Notes under the pieces: generated by a model | What the model was told of the DNA's origin: nothing | The model's database searches: none | Seen by the model: only the letters and a program-made list of their open reading frames with translations | Program-made: the position numbers and the translations under genes | Source of the DNA: an uncultured bacterium | Lineage (GTDB): Bacteria; Bacteroidota; Bacteroidia; Bacteroidales; CAIXTV01 | DNA length: 64,000 nt | Reading direction: 5' to 3' | NCBI GenBank assembly: GCA_903922465.1 | Contig: CAIXTV010000067.1 | Location: 216 to 64,215 of the forward strand | Part shown: piece after piece, positions 20,879 to 30,345 of the stretch | How the letters are laid out: each line of letters opens with the position of its first letter | Numbering within the stretch: position 1 is the stretch's first letter

Positions 20879-22120
20879 TCAAATACTTTTATCCTTCAGA
20901 AACTCCATAAGACTTTCCATATTAGGTTTCACTGCTTGTGGAATGGAAATGATTTTCTGAACTGAATTGAGGTCTTTCAATCCACTTCCGGTAAGCAGAA
21001 CCACCACCTTTTCTTTATCATTAAATAAGCCTTTTTCTTTATACTGTAGCATTCCGGCAAAAGCAGCGGCAGCAGCAGGTTCTGAGAAGATGCCTGTGTT
21101 TTGGCTTAATAAAGCAGAAGCCTTGAGGATATCTTCATCACTTACAATACATGATTCACCTGAATAGGTTGAGAGAAATTGTTTTGCCATGAAGAAGTTT
21201 CGGGGAATATCCACGGAAATAGAATCGGCTATGGTATTTGAAGGGATAGATTCAAAGACCGAAGTTTTCAGGTTATGAACAATATTACAACTTCCCTTGG
21301 CTTGTACGGCAACAATCACCGGCATTTTCTCAATAATCCCAATGCGAAGCAAATCTTCAAAGCCTTTATAAACGCCTGATATAATTACTCCATCTCCCAC
21401 CGGAACAAATATTTTATCTGGAATTTGTTGTTGCAATTGATCATACAATTCAAAAGAAACGGTTTTCTTTCCTTCAATAGTTAATGGATTAAACGCAGTG
21501 TTTCTGTTATACCATCCGAAATCCTTTGAGGCTTCTATACTTAAATCGAATGCCATATCGTAATTTCCATCAACAGGAACAAGGGTTGCTCCGTACATTA
21601 CTATCTGTGTAAGCTTTGCCTTGGGAGCCGATGCAGGAGCAAAGATGATGGCTTTCTGTTTTTGCGATGCACAAATACCTGCCAAAGAAGAACCAGCATT
21701 ACCAGTAGAGGCTGCCACCAGTGTGTTGATATTATGCTCCTTTGCATAAGCAGAAACTATAGAAGATGCCCTGTCTTTAAAAGAAAAAGTAGGGTTTTGT
21801 GAATCGTCTTTCAAATACAATTGAAATCCTAAAGCATCCTCGTTTAATTGGTCAACTTTATAGAGAGGAGTTTCTCCTACCTTAAGAAAGCTAAAACTTT
21901 CCTTATGATTGATAGGTAAAACATCGAAGAATAAGTTCGCTTTTAATTGTTCAAAAGAAAACTTTTGAAGACTTTCGTAATCATATATAGTTTTAAGTAC
22001 TCCAAGCGGAGGTTGATTAGGTAATTGATTACTGCTGCATTCGGGACAGAGATATACTATTTCTTCGGCAGGAATTTGTTTTCCACAATCAACACATTCA
22101 TATATATACTTAGCCTTCAT
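20879..22120 (-). CDS. Threonine synthase-like PLP enzyme (fold type II)
   Basis: N-terminal CxxC..CPxC, NPTFSFKDR, ASTGNAG, EGKKT, VPVGDG, LLTGSGLKD. Confidence 0.8.
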   Translation of the reverse strand: MKAKYIYECVDCGKQIPAEEIVYLCPECSSNQLPNQPPLGVLKTIYDYESLQKFSFEQLKANLFFDVLPINHKESFSFLKVGETPLYKVDQLNEDALGFQLYLKDDSQNPTFSFKDRASSIVSAYAKEHNINTLVAASTGNAGSSLAGICASQKQKAIIFAPASAPKAKLTQIVMYGATLVPVDGNYDMAFDLSIEASKDFGWYNRNTAFNPLTIEGKKTVSFELYDQLQQQIPDKIFVPVGDGVIISGVYKGFEDLLRIGIIEKMPVIVAVQAKGSCNIVHNLKTSVFESIPSNTIADSISVDIPRNFFMAKQFLSTYSGESCIVSDEDILKASALLSQNTGIFSEPAAAAAFAGMLQYKEKGLFNDKEKVVVLLTGSGLKDLNSVQKIISIPQAVKPNMESLMEFLKDKSI

Positions 22121-22135
22121 TTTTTTCGAGTATGA

Positions 22136-23614
22136 TTATAATGATTTAAGAACGCCGGTGGCTTCGTTAAATTCGTTAATCATTTCGTCCCATTTGTTGG
22201 CTTGTTGCAGCATGTTGTCCCAAATGGTACGGTCGTACCAGAGTTGATTCAGGTCGTCGATTTCCTTTGCCTGTTGTTCAACCCAAGTAAAATATTTAAG
22301 ATTATGAATGGCTTTACGATCGTAATAATTCAGTTCTTTCAGATGGTCGGTTCCTTGTCCCAACAAACATTTTTCCATGTCTTTTACTGCCTGAGTCGAA
22401 TTGTAAGCACCTTTTTCAAGGGTTAATTCTTCCAAACGGGATTGGTACATTTCTGCAGAATCGGTGGCAAGGGTAAGAATGATATCGTCATTTGTCATTT
22501 CGTAATATTTAGCTGCTTTAATGGCTGAAAGCATATTGGAAATGCCCGAAATACCAAGCAATCCCAGAGAATCAACAAAGCTTGCATCAAGTCCTAATGA
22601 GCGAAGATAGTTTTTACCATCGGCTTCGTTGAACAAACGGAAGATGCGCATACAATCTTCATCGTCAATGGCGGTTATCATATCGGTGTTTTTAGCATTA
22701 TGCACCCAAGGGACATGCTTGTCGCCAATACCTTCGATACGATGTCCCCCAAAACCATTGTTCAAAAGCGTTGGACATTGAAGGGCTTCGGAGGCCACAA
22801 TTTTCATCTGAGGGAATTGTTTTTTCAGATAATCGCCAGCCCCAATCGTTCCGGCAGAACCTGTTGCCGAAACATAAGCAGCCAGTTTTCCATTGGCAGA
22901 TTTCAATTTGTTGAACACTTCCTCTGCTGCAGGGGCGGTAACATTGTAATGCCAGCAAGGATTCCCGAATTCATCAAACTGGTTAAAAATGACACAATCG
23001 GGACGGTTGCGGCGAATATCCCAACAAGCATCGTAAATTTCCTTTACATTCGATTCACAGCCGGGGGTGGCAATCACTTCGGCACCAATTTCTTTTAACC
23101 ATGAAAAACGTTCCTTACTCATCTCTTCGGGGAGGATAGCCACAGCCGTAACCCCCATCAAATAAGAATCGAATGCGCCGCCACGGCAATAATTACCTGT
23201 GCTGGGCCAAACAGCTTTATGGTAAGTAGGATCGAACTCCCCTGTGAGAATGCGAGGGGCAAGGCAACCATAGGCAGCACCCACTTTATGTGCTCCGGTA
23301 GGGAAATATTTCCCAACAAGCAACACAATTCTTGCTTTCACTCCGGTGATTTCAGAAGGGATTTCGATGTAATTCACATTGCCATATAAGCCACCCTTGG
23401 CTATAGGTTCGTTTTTCCAGGTAATGCGAAACAGGTTGGCAGGATGTTTATCCCAAAGACCAATTGTTTTCAGGGTAGCTTTAATTTTATCGGGAACGAG
23501 TTCGGGATTGCGCATTTGAGCAAAAGTAGGCAACACTATTTTCCTCTCACGGAAGCGATCGACAGCTTTTTTCAGTACGTCAGGATTTACAACTTTGTCG
23601 GATATAGTTATCAT
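22136..23614 (-). CDS. PLP-dependent enzyme, cysteine-synthase/ammonia-lyase-like (fold type II)
   Basis: PTGAHK (PLP lysine), PSTGNY, ATGSAGTIG, HRIEGIG. Confidence 0.75.
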   Translation of the reverse strand: MITISDKVVNPDVLKKAVDRFRERKIVLPTFAQMRNPELVPDKIKATLKTIGLWDKHPANLFRITWKNEPIAKGGLYGNVNYIEIPSEITGVKARIVLLVGKYFPTGAHKVGAAYGCLAPRILTGEFDPTYHKAVWPSTGNYCRGGAFDSYLMGVTAVAILPEEMSKERFSWLKEIGAEVIATPGCESNVKEIYDACWDIRRNRPDCVIFNQFDEFGNPCWHYNVTAPAAEEVFNKLKSANGKLAAYVSATGSAGTIGAGDYLKKQFPQMKIVASEALQCPTLLNNGFGGHRIEGIGDKHVPWVHNAKNTDMITAIDDEDCMRIFRLFNEADGKNYLRSLGLDASFVDSLGLLGISGISNMLSAIKAAKYYEMTNDDIILTLATDSAEMYQSRLEELTLEKGAYNSTQAVKDMEKCLLGQGTDHLKELNYYDRKAIHNLKYFTWVEQQAKEIDDLNQLWYDRTIWDNMLQQANKWDEMINEFNEATGVLKSL

Positions 23615-23644
23615 GGTATAAATTTCAGTTCTTTAATGAGAGAA

Positions 23645-23652
23645 CAAAAGTA
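23645..23652 (-). promoter_or_regulatory. -7 promoter box (TACTTTTG) for the purine-degradation-type operon
   Basis: Minus-strand TAnnTTTG 30 bp before ATG 23614. Confidence 0.55.
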
Positions 23653-23698
23653 CTTAATTCCTGTGTCATCACAATATAAATTAAGCTCCATTCTTCAT

Positions 23699-23950
23699 AT
23701 TTCTGTCACTTGCTATTTAACGACCATCAACAGTCATAAAACGACTGTCACTTCTCATTTAACGACCATCAACAGTCATAAAACGACTGTCACTTCTCAT
23801 TTAACGACCGTCAACAGTCATAAAACGACTGTCACTTCTCATTTAACGACCGTCAACAGCTATAAAACGACTGTCACTTCTCATTTAACGACCGTCAACA
23901 GTCATAAAACGACTGTCACTTCACATTTAATGACCATCAACAGTAATAAA
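23699..23950. repeat. Tandem array 3: 12 x 21-bp units (6 x 42-bp A/B dimers)
   Basis: acgactgtcacttctcattta / acgaccRtcaacagtcataaa, near-perfect copies. Confidence 0.94.
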
Positions 23951-24079
23951 ACGAATGTTAACTGAAAAGTATTTTCAAAAAAAGGTATTTTCAATTTTGC
24001 CTTATCTTCATAATTGTTGAAGATTAAAAAACTAGCCCCTGTCAAGGGTGTGATTTTTGCATCTAAATATCTGAAATAC

Positions 24080-24928
24080 CTATCTTGAATAAGTAATCAT
24101 TACATCTTTTGGATGTATGCTTAATACTGGATAAGGTGAACGATTTACCAATTGTTGTGCATAGGTGCCTAAAATGAAACTATAGGTGCTTTTTTCCTGT
24201 TCGGTCATTATTGAAATTAAATTAGCATCCATTTTTTCGCAATGTTTAATAATGTCTTCGGTTGCATTTTCAGATCTGATAATTTCAACCTGATGTTTAA
24301 TATTCTTTGCATAAAGGGATTTTTCAACCTGATCAACATAAACTTCTGTTCTTTTAGCTAAAGCTTTAATTTTTGATGTAATAACTCCAAGAATAAAAAT
24401 TTCAGCATGATAATGTTTGGCTAATTCGAGAGTGAAAGGTACTTTTTGACGTGTTTGATCAGAGCTATCGATAGGGAGCACTATGCCTTTGAGGGGTTTC
24501 TTGACATTGACTCCTCCTCTGATGGTTACAGTAGGACAATGCGATGAAGCAATTATTCTATTGGCATTACTTCCAATAAATATTTCTTCAAAGCCTGAGG
24601 AACCGTGGGTTCCGGTTACAATTAAAAATGCATTTTTTTCTTTTGCTTCTGAAACGACTTCTTTATAAACTTTCCCTTCTCTGATTTTATAGGATAATTT
24701 ATTAGTAGTAAGTTTAGGTTGGTACTTTTTAATAAGTTCTTCGAAACGATGATTTACAATGTCTTCTATTTTCTCACCTTTATCTTTAATCAATTCGCTT
24801 CTGCTGTTATTGCTTTTAACCCAAAGCAATTCAATGTCATGTTTTGTTTTGGCAGCCATGTCAAGCGCATGTTCAAATGCATTTATCGAGCATTCTGAGA
24901 AGTCAATGGGAACAATAATTTCTTCCAT
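24080..24928 (-). CDS. Universal stress protein (tandem Usp domains)
   Basis: IIVPIDFSECS, IVTGTHGSSG...IGSNA...CPTVTI; second domain LPIDSS...GTYAQQLVNRSPYPVLSI. Confidence 0.9.
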   Translation of the reverse strand: MEEIIVPIDFSECSINAFEHALDMAAKTKHDIELLWVKSNNSRSELIKDKGEKIEDIVNHRFEELIKKYQPKLTTNKLSYKIREGKVYKEVVSEAKEKNAFLIVTGTHGSSGFEEIFIGSNANRIIASSHCPTVTIRGGVNVKKPLKGIVLPIDSSDQTRQKVPFTLELAKHYHAEIFILGVITSKIKALAKRTEVYVDQVEKSLYAKNIKHQVEIIRSENATEDIIKHCEKMDANLISIMTEQEKSTYSFILGTYAQQLVNRSPYPVLSIHPKDVMITYSR

Positions 24929-25027
24929 AAATTTAGTTTTAAAATTATACGTTATTACTATAAAAAGGTTGCTTTAAATTTGATTTTATTTCAGTGTGTA
25001 AATGTATATGTTTTTTTGTTTGCATCA

Positions 25028-26608
25028 CTATTTTGGAAGAAATATTTCTGGTAATACAAACTTCTTTTCGTAACTTTTTAGGCCTTTTAACAAATACAGC
25101 AATATTTTGTCGGCTGACTGTTGATTTCTTTTCACAAGAATGGTGTCAATTGCTATAACAGAATCAAAGACTAATCCTTCTAATATTGAAGGTGAACGTG
25201 CGTCATGGTCTGACACCAGAAAATAAGCATCATCCCCTAAGTGAATTCCACCTCTAGCGCGGTTTATCCATGCATATTTGTGAATTTTATCGAGGTTTCC
25301 AATCAGAATCATTTTCTTATTTGTTTTTCTTGCAATATAATAATCCTGATTAGCTCCTGGAAACCAACGCCATGAAAGTATTAATGCATCGGGTCGTACT
25401 CTTTTTTGCTCTACTAATATATTATTAATCAGAATAAATTTTTCGCCTGCTTGCTTCCATCCAAAGATATCAAGGGTGAAGTCTTTTTCGGTTATTTTCA
25501 AGAGTTGAAAAAATCCTGTCTTAACTTCAATCAAGCCAATTGATATAACTATTAGAATGAACAATAATCCATATTTGATTACTTTAGGCATTAATATGTT
25601 ATTAATCCTTTTTTTTTCCGCCAGAAATGCTGCCGGGATAAACAATAAACTTAAATATCCTGGAATGGACCAATGTGGCAAAGTAGTTCGAAATAAAGAG
25701 AAAAAAAGCATTAATCCGATAATTGGCAATCCGGTCAGTAATAAAAATGCAGCAATTTGTTTGTCGATAAAATTATTTTTTCTGATTAACAAAAAGATTG
25801 ATGCCCAAATAAGTACAAACACAAAAGGATTTAAATAAGCCATCTGTCCTAAAATTTCGGCACCTATATGGTTAAAAGTTATTCCTTTTTCAAAAAAGTT
25901 TACCCTGTTACCTTGAAAGTCGAAGCTGACAAAATTGTATTGGAAATTCCAGATTATTACGGGTAAAAAGATGAATATTGAAATAATAGCCCCTAACCAT
26001 ACATTGAATTTCGTTAATATTTTTCTTTTGTACAGTAGGAGGTAAACAAATACACCTATCCAAATAAAAATTCCATTATATTTTGATAGTATAGCTAGGC
26101 CAGCAGAAATACCTATCCAGATTAAAGCTTGATTCTTATTTTCCGAACTTTGATTTGCCTTAATAAAACTAAGGAAAATATAAATACTGATTAGCCAAAA
26201 CAAAATCAAAGAACCATCGGGCAATATAAATACGCCTACAATTATGCTAAAATAGATGGATGCTACGTAAAGAAAAGAAGCATATAGACCTGTTAGGGGA
26301 TTTTTTATAAGACACCCCAGTTTATAGACTAATAAAATGTTTATTGTTCCGAAAACAACTGAAGATAAACGCAGAAAAAACTCGTTATCGAAAAGCAAAT
26401 TAAATGAAAAGAGTTGCATCATCCATCCGACCATTGGTGGGTGATCGAAATGGCTTAAATCGGGATATAATGCATATGTCCAATAGTAGGCTTCATCGTT
26501 TCCTAGTTCGAGGGTGTTTGCCAAGAAGGCCCTGATTATAAGGGATATTATAATCAGTGAATACAAATATTTTTTTATTCTACGATTTTCTTGTACCATA
26601 TCAGACAT
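25028..26608 (-). CDS. GT-C glycosyltransferase (family 39/ArnT-like)
   Basis: DEAYYW, FDHPPMVG, LPD, LAILSKY, PHW; multiple TM segments. Confidence 0.85.
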   Translation of the reverse strand: MSDMVQENRRIKKYLYSLIIISLIIRAFLANTLELGNDEAYYWTYALYPDLSHFDHPPMVGWMMQLFSFNLLFDNEFFLRLSSVVFGTINILLVYKLGCLIKNPLTGLYASFLYVASIYFSIIVGVFILPDGSLILFWLISIYIFLSFIKANQSSENKNQALIWIGISAGLAILSKYNGIFIWIGVFVYLLLYKRKILTKFNVWLGAIISIFIFLPVIIWNFQYNFVSFDFQGNRVNFFEKGITFNHIGAEILGQMAYLNPFVFVLIWASIFLLIRKNNFIDKQIAAFLLLTGLPIIGLMLFFSLFRTTLPHWSIPGYLSLLFIPAAFLAEKKRINNILMPKVIKYGLLFILIVISIGLIEVKTGFFQLLKITEKDFTLDIFGWKQAGEKFILINNILVEQKRVRPDALILSWRWFPGANQDYYIARKTNKKMILIGNLDKIHKYAWINRARGGIHLGDDAYFLVSDHDARSPSILEGLVFDSVIAIDTILVKRNQQSADKILLYLLKGLKSYEKKFVLPEIFLPK

Positions 26609-26724
26609 AAGCTGTTATTTAAATTCAAACGAAATAATAGAAAATATATTATTACATTAGGTCGAAATACAAGATTATGCTTCATTAATCAAGATTTATC
26701 AATAATTTTGTCACAAAAAGAATT

Positions 26725-27147
26725 ATGAACATATCTCATATTGAACATATAGGAATTGCCGTTAGTAATCTGAGCGAAAGCATACAATACTACGAAAACA
26801 TCTTAGGTCTTAAATGCTATTCTGTTGAAGAAGTTAAGGATCAAAAAGTGAAGACAGCGTTTTTTATGGTAGGACAAACCAAAATAGAGCTGTTAGAATC
26901 AACTGACACTGAAGGGCCGATTGGGAAATTTATTGAGAAAAAGGGAGAAGGAGTTCATCATATTGCTTTTGCAGTATCCAACATCGAAGAATCTTTAATG
27001 GAAGTGGAAAGCAATGGGGTTCTGTTGATTGATAAGACTCCTCGAAAAGGAGCCGAAGGACTGAGTATTGCCTTTTTGCATCCTAAATCAACTAAGGGCG
27101 TGCTTACCGAATTATGCGAAAATAAAAATATTGATTTGAAAGGATAA
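26725..27147 (+). CDS. mce: Methylmalonyl-CoA epimerase
   Basis: IEHIGIAV, KIELLE, GEGVHHIAF, FLHPKST.GVLTELC. Confidence 0.92.
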   Translation: MNISHIEHIGIAVSNLSESIQYYENILGLKCYSVEEVKDQKVKTAFFMVGQTKIELLESTDTEGPIGKFIEKKGEGVHHIAFAVSNIEESLMEVESNGVLLIDKTPRKGAEGLSIAFLHPKSTKGVLTELCENKNIDLKG

Positions 27148-27151
27148 TTAA

Positions 27152-28588
27152 ATGAATCTATTGTTCAATTCGAAAAACCTAAAGAAACTTAGCTCTAAAC
27201 CGAGTGTCATCTTCTTTGTTTTGCTTTGCTTAAGTATGATTCCTTTATCCTTGTTTGCCGGCAATGTCGCACCATCTATTGGAGGCATTCGAATGGAATT
27301 CATTTTATTTGGGCTTACTTTGCTGGGTGTTGCTTTGTTTCACAATCAAACCTTTTGGGTTGCCATCATTGGTTTGGCATCTATTCTATTATATAAATTG
27401 ATTTTTATTTCGGCTTATCCTTTTGCTGAACATTTCTTTGGCACGAATCCTATTGTTGCGCAGTTAAGCGACCCCAGTTTGCGGCAGGGTGAGTGGGGCA
27501 TTCTTATAAACCTTCTGGGTTTATTGCTTGGCTTTGCTCTTCTTGCTAAAATATTCGAACAGTCGGGGGTTCCCAATGTATTGCCAAAGTATCTGCCCAA
27601 CGATTGGAAGGGACCTTTGTTGCTGCTTGTTTTCGTATTTGTTATTTCATCTTTTCTCGATAATATTGCTGCAGCCATGATAGGGGGCACCATTGCCCTA
27701 GTGGTGTTTAAAAACAAAGTTCACATCGGATATATTGCTGCCATAGTTGCAGCAAGCAATGCGGGTGGAGCGGGAAGTATAGTAGGCGACACCACCACTA
27801 CCATGATGTGGATAGACGGAGTTTCTGCTTTCAATGTTTTGCATGGTTTTGTGGCTTCGGGTGTAGCTTTGTTTATCGTGGCATGGTTTGCCGCTCATCA
27901 GCAAGATAAATATCATCGCATTACGGCCAATGCCAAACGTGGCGCCAAAGTCGATTGGATCCGCTTGCTGATTGTGGTGATGATGCTGATTGGTGCTATT
28001 GTTTCAAATGTATATTACGACATGCCTGCTCTTGGAGTTTGGGTGGCCATTTTGATAGGGGCCACTATGCGCGAAATGCCTTGGCGCGAAGTTGTTGCTT
28101 CTTTTAAAGGAACCGTTTTTCTTTTGTGTTTGGTAACGGCCGCATCTCTAATGCCTGTTGAAACATTGCCCAATGCTTCGTGGATGACGGCCTTTATACT
28201 GGGTTTTGTTTCGGCCGTTTTCGACAATATTCCGCTTACCAAGCTTTGCCTCGATCAGGGTCATTTCGATTGGGGAATGCTTGCCTATTCGGTTGGTTTT
28301 GGGGGTTCAATGATATGGTTTGGGTCGTCGGCCGGGGTTGCCATCACCAATACTTTTCCTGAAGCTCGCAATGTGATGCTTTGGATACGCAAGGGATGGT
28401 ATATTATTTTGGCTTATATCGTTGGATTTTTTGTGCTCTACGCCACCATGGGTTGGGAACCTGCTGATAATAAAGCTCATAAAGAGCCTGCTATCGATTG
28501 CCCTGCAAAAGATTGTAAAGTAAAACTCGAAGCTCAAGCACAAATGCTTATTGAAAGCGGTAAAGTGGATAGTTTATTGAAGAAATAA
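27152..28588 (+). CDS. Ion transporter superfamily permease (citrate transporter/NhaD-like)
   Basis: ISSFLDNIA, ASNAGGAGSIVGDTTT, SAVFDNIP, GGSMIWFGSSAGVA. Confidence 0.82.
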   Translation: MNLLFNSKNLKKLSSKPSVIFFVLLCLSMIPLSLFAGNVAPSIGGIRMEFILFGLTLLGVALFHNQTFWVAIIGLASILLYKLIFISAYPFAEHFFGTNPIVAQLSDPSLRQGEWGILINLLGLLLGFALLAKIFEQSGVPNVLPKYLPNDWKGPLLLLVFVFVISSFLDNIAAAMIGGTIALVVFKNKVHIGYIAAIVAASNAGGAGSIVGDTTTTMMWIDGVSAFNVLHGFVASGVALFIVAWFAAHQQDKYHRITANAKRGAKVDWIRLLIVVMMLIGAIVSNVYYDMPALGVWVAILIGATMREMPWREVVASFKGTVFLLCLVTAASLMPVETLPNASWMTAFILGFVSAVFDNIPLTKLCLDQGHFDWGMLAYSVGFGGSMIWFGSSAGVAITNTFPEARNVMLWIRKGWYIILAYIVGFFVLYATMGWEPADNKAHKEPAIDCPAKDCKVKLEAQAQMLIESGKVDSLLKK

Positions 28589-28745
28589 TAATATAAGCCC
28601 TTAAGTTCTAATAGCAGGTAGCTAATTAAAGCAATAAGAATTTGTGATTTACGAGCATTTGGCGAAGTCCCGAAAAAGGTTTTTATTTGAAAATTCTGTT
28701 TTATCAATTTGAAAAGGTCTCAATTAACCAACTTCTTTTGTAAAG

Positions 28746-29120
28746 TTAGGCTATTGTAGCAACACTCCAATCTAAATTATTACAAATTAGTATTACCGTT
28801 CGATTACCTTCTTCTTTATATACAACAACATACTGAAATTCTACTTGGCCAATATCATTTTCAATTACACCGTTTGAACGATAATCACTATCTACTACAA
28901 CACGAGCAATATCTCTTGCTGTTTTTTCTTCATCACCTCCATGTTCTGCTTCAGTTATCGCATCCCTTAAGGTATCCAAATGGGTCCTCATTGTAGCCAC
29001 AACAACAACTAGATTAGGGAAGTTTGCATTCTCATCTAAACCTGCAACAGCGTTGTATCCCTTTTGTAAGGCTACAACTTCTGGGAATCTTGAAATATCA
29101 ACTGCTACTTTATAAATCAT
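28746..29120 (-). pseudogene. Internally deleted paralog of the helical + FN3 protein at 52353-52997
   Basis: N-terminal helical region (NANFP, HGGD, DYR) then jumps to short beta-strand remnants; 124 aa vs ~210 aa. Confidence 0.5.
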
Positions 29121-29202
29121 AATCGTATTTTTTTTTGATTAAGTAATTTTTTAATTTGGGTTTATTCTTTCATTGCTTTCTTTAAGTCTTATGTGTGTGG
29201 TT

Positions 29203-29349
29203 TTAATTCAAAACATGTCTGCATTAATTCAAAACATGTCTGCATTAATTCAAAACATGTCTGCATTAATTCAAAACATGTCTGCATTAATTCATTTCGT
29301 GTCTGCATTGATTCATTGTATGTCTGCATTGATTCATTTTTTGACTGCT
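29203..29349. repeat. Tandem array 4: 7 x 21-bp units
   Basis: ttaattcaaaacatgtctgca x4 perfect, then 3 progressively diverged units. Confidence 0.94.
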
Positions 29350-29677
29350 TTTTTAAAGTAAAATCTTCAATGAACTAAATTCAATCATTTTTGATAAAAT
29401 CATCTTATCTTTTTTTTAAAGCCTCCTTTCTTTTACTATTTGAAATCATGTGATAAAAATAATATGAGAAATTTTATTGAAATGAGAATACTTCCCAAAT
29501 ACTTCCAAGCATCTTCTGTAAGCCAACAGCAACAAGGGTTTCAAAAAGTGATTTTTAGTGAAGATTTTTTTAGTAGAAATATTTTAATGTTTTTTAGGCT
29601 AAATCATCTTATATTTTGCCTATTCCGCACACATCATAATTTTGGAAATGAATTTGAAAAGAAGTAAGAATAAACTC

Positions 29678-29849
29678 TAGATTCCTCTGATATTGTTTGG
29701 TTGACCCCAACTATTGTTTGGTTGGCCTCAACTATGGCCTGACGACTTGTCCCCGAGCTATTTCTTCCTCTCTATTCTCATAAAGAGCAGGGAAATTCAA
29801 TTTTGCAATAATGCTTTTAAATATTCAACACTCCAAAGAACATTCTATG
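29678..29849 (+). repeat. Dispersed repeat copy A (inverted relative to 36492-36664), containing 21-bp units
   Basis: Aligns by eye to reverse complement of 36492-36664; contains tattgtttggttgaccccaac-type units. Confidence 0.85.
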
Positions 29850-30267
29850 TTATTATGATTTTTGAAAGACAAAACTTTGAATTAAAATCAGCCCACTTAG
29901 TAACCATGATAACTTTAATTACGATATGAATTATAATTTGGAACAGACTTACATGTTTATTTCATATTAATCACAAAAAAAAATGAGAATTATTTTTTTC
30001 GAATCGATATTTTGCCTGATTTCATTGTGATTTTGGCAGCTTATTTTAATTGAGAATTATTTTTTCTCATCGAATTATACTTAAAAAACAAAGTAAGTTC
30101 AAGCCTGTCTACGCAAAATAAGTTTTAAATTAAAGCATAGAATTTTAGATATGAAATTCTATCTATCCCTTATGCCATGAGGCTTTGGCCAATTCATGCC
30201 TTTGTAGGGAAAAGAAAAAGAAAAAATATTTCTGTGAATTGATTATGATAATTAGAAACATAAGCAG

Positions 30268-30275
30268 TATATTTG
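30268..30275 (+). promoter_or_regulatory. -7 promoter box (TATATTTG)
   Basis: TAnnTTTG 70 bp upstream of ATG 30346. Confidence 0.5.
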
Positions 30276-30345
30276 CCGAATAATTGAATATTGGATTTAT
30301 AAATCACAATCATATAATCTATTAACTAAATAAAAAAGAGGGAAA

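Noticed and set aside
23444-23965. 173-aa plus-strand ORF
   Set aside because: Antisense to the PLP gene start and runs through array 3; repeat artefact
29173-29378. LIQNMSA / INSKHVC repeat ORFs
   Set aside because: Translations of array 4 in alternative frames
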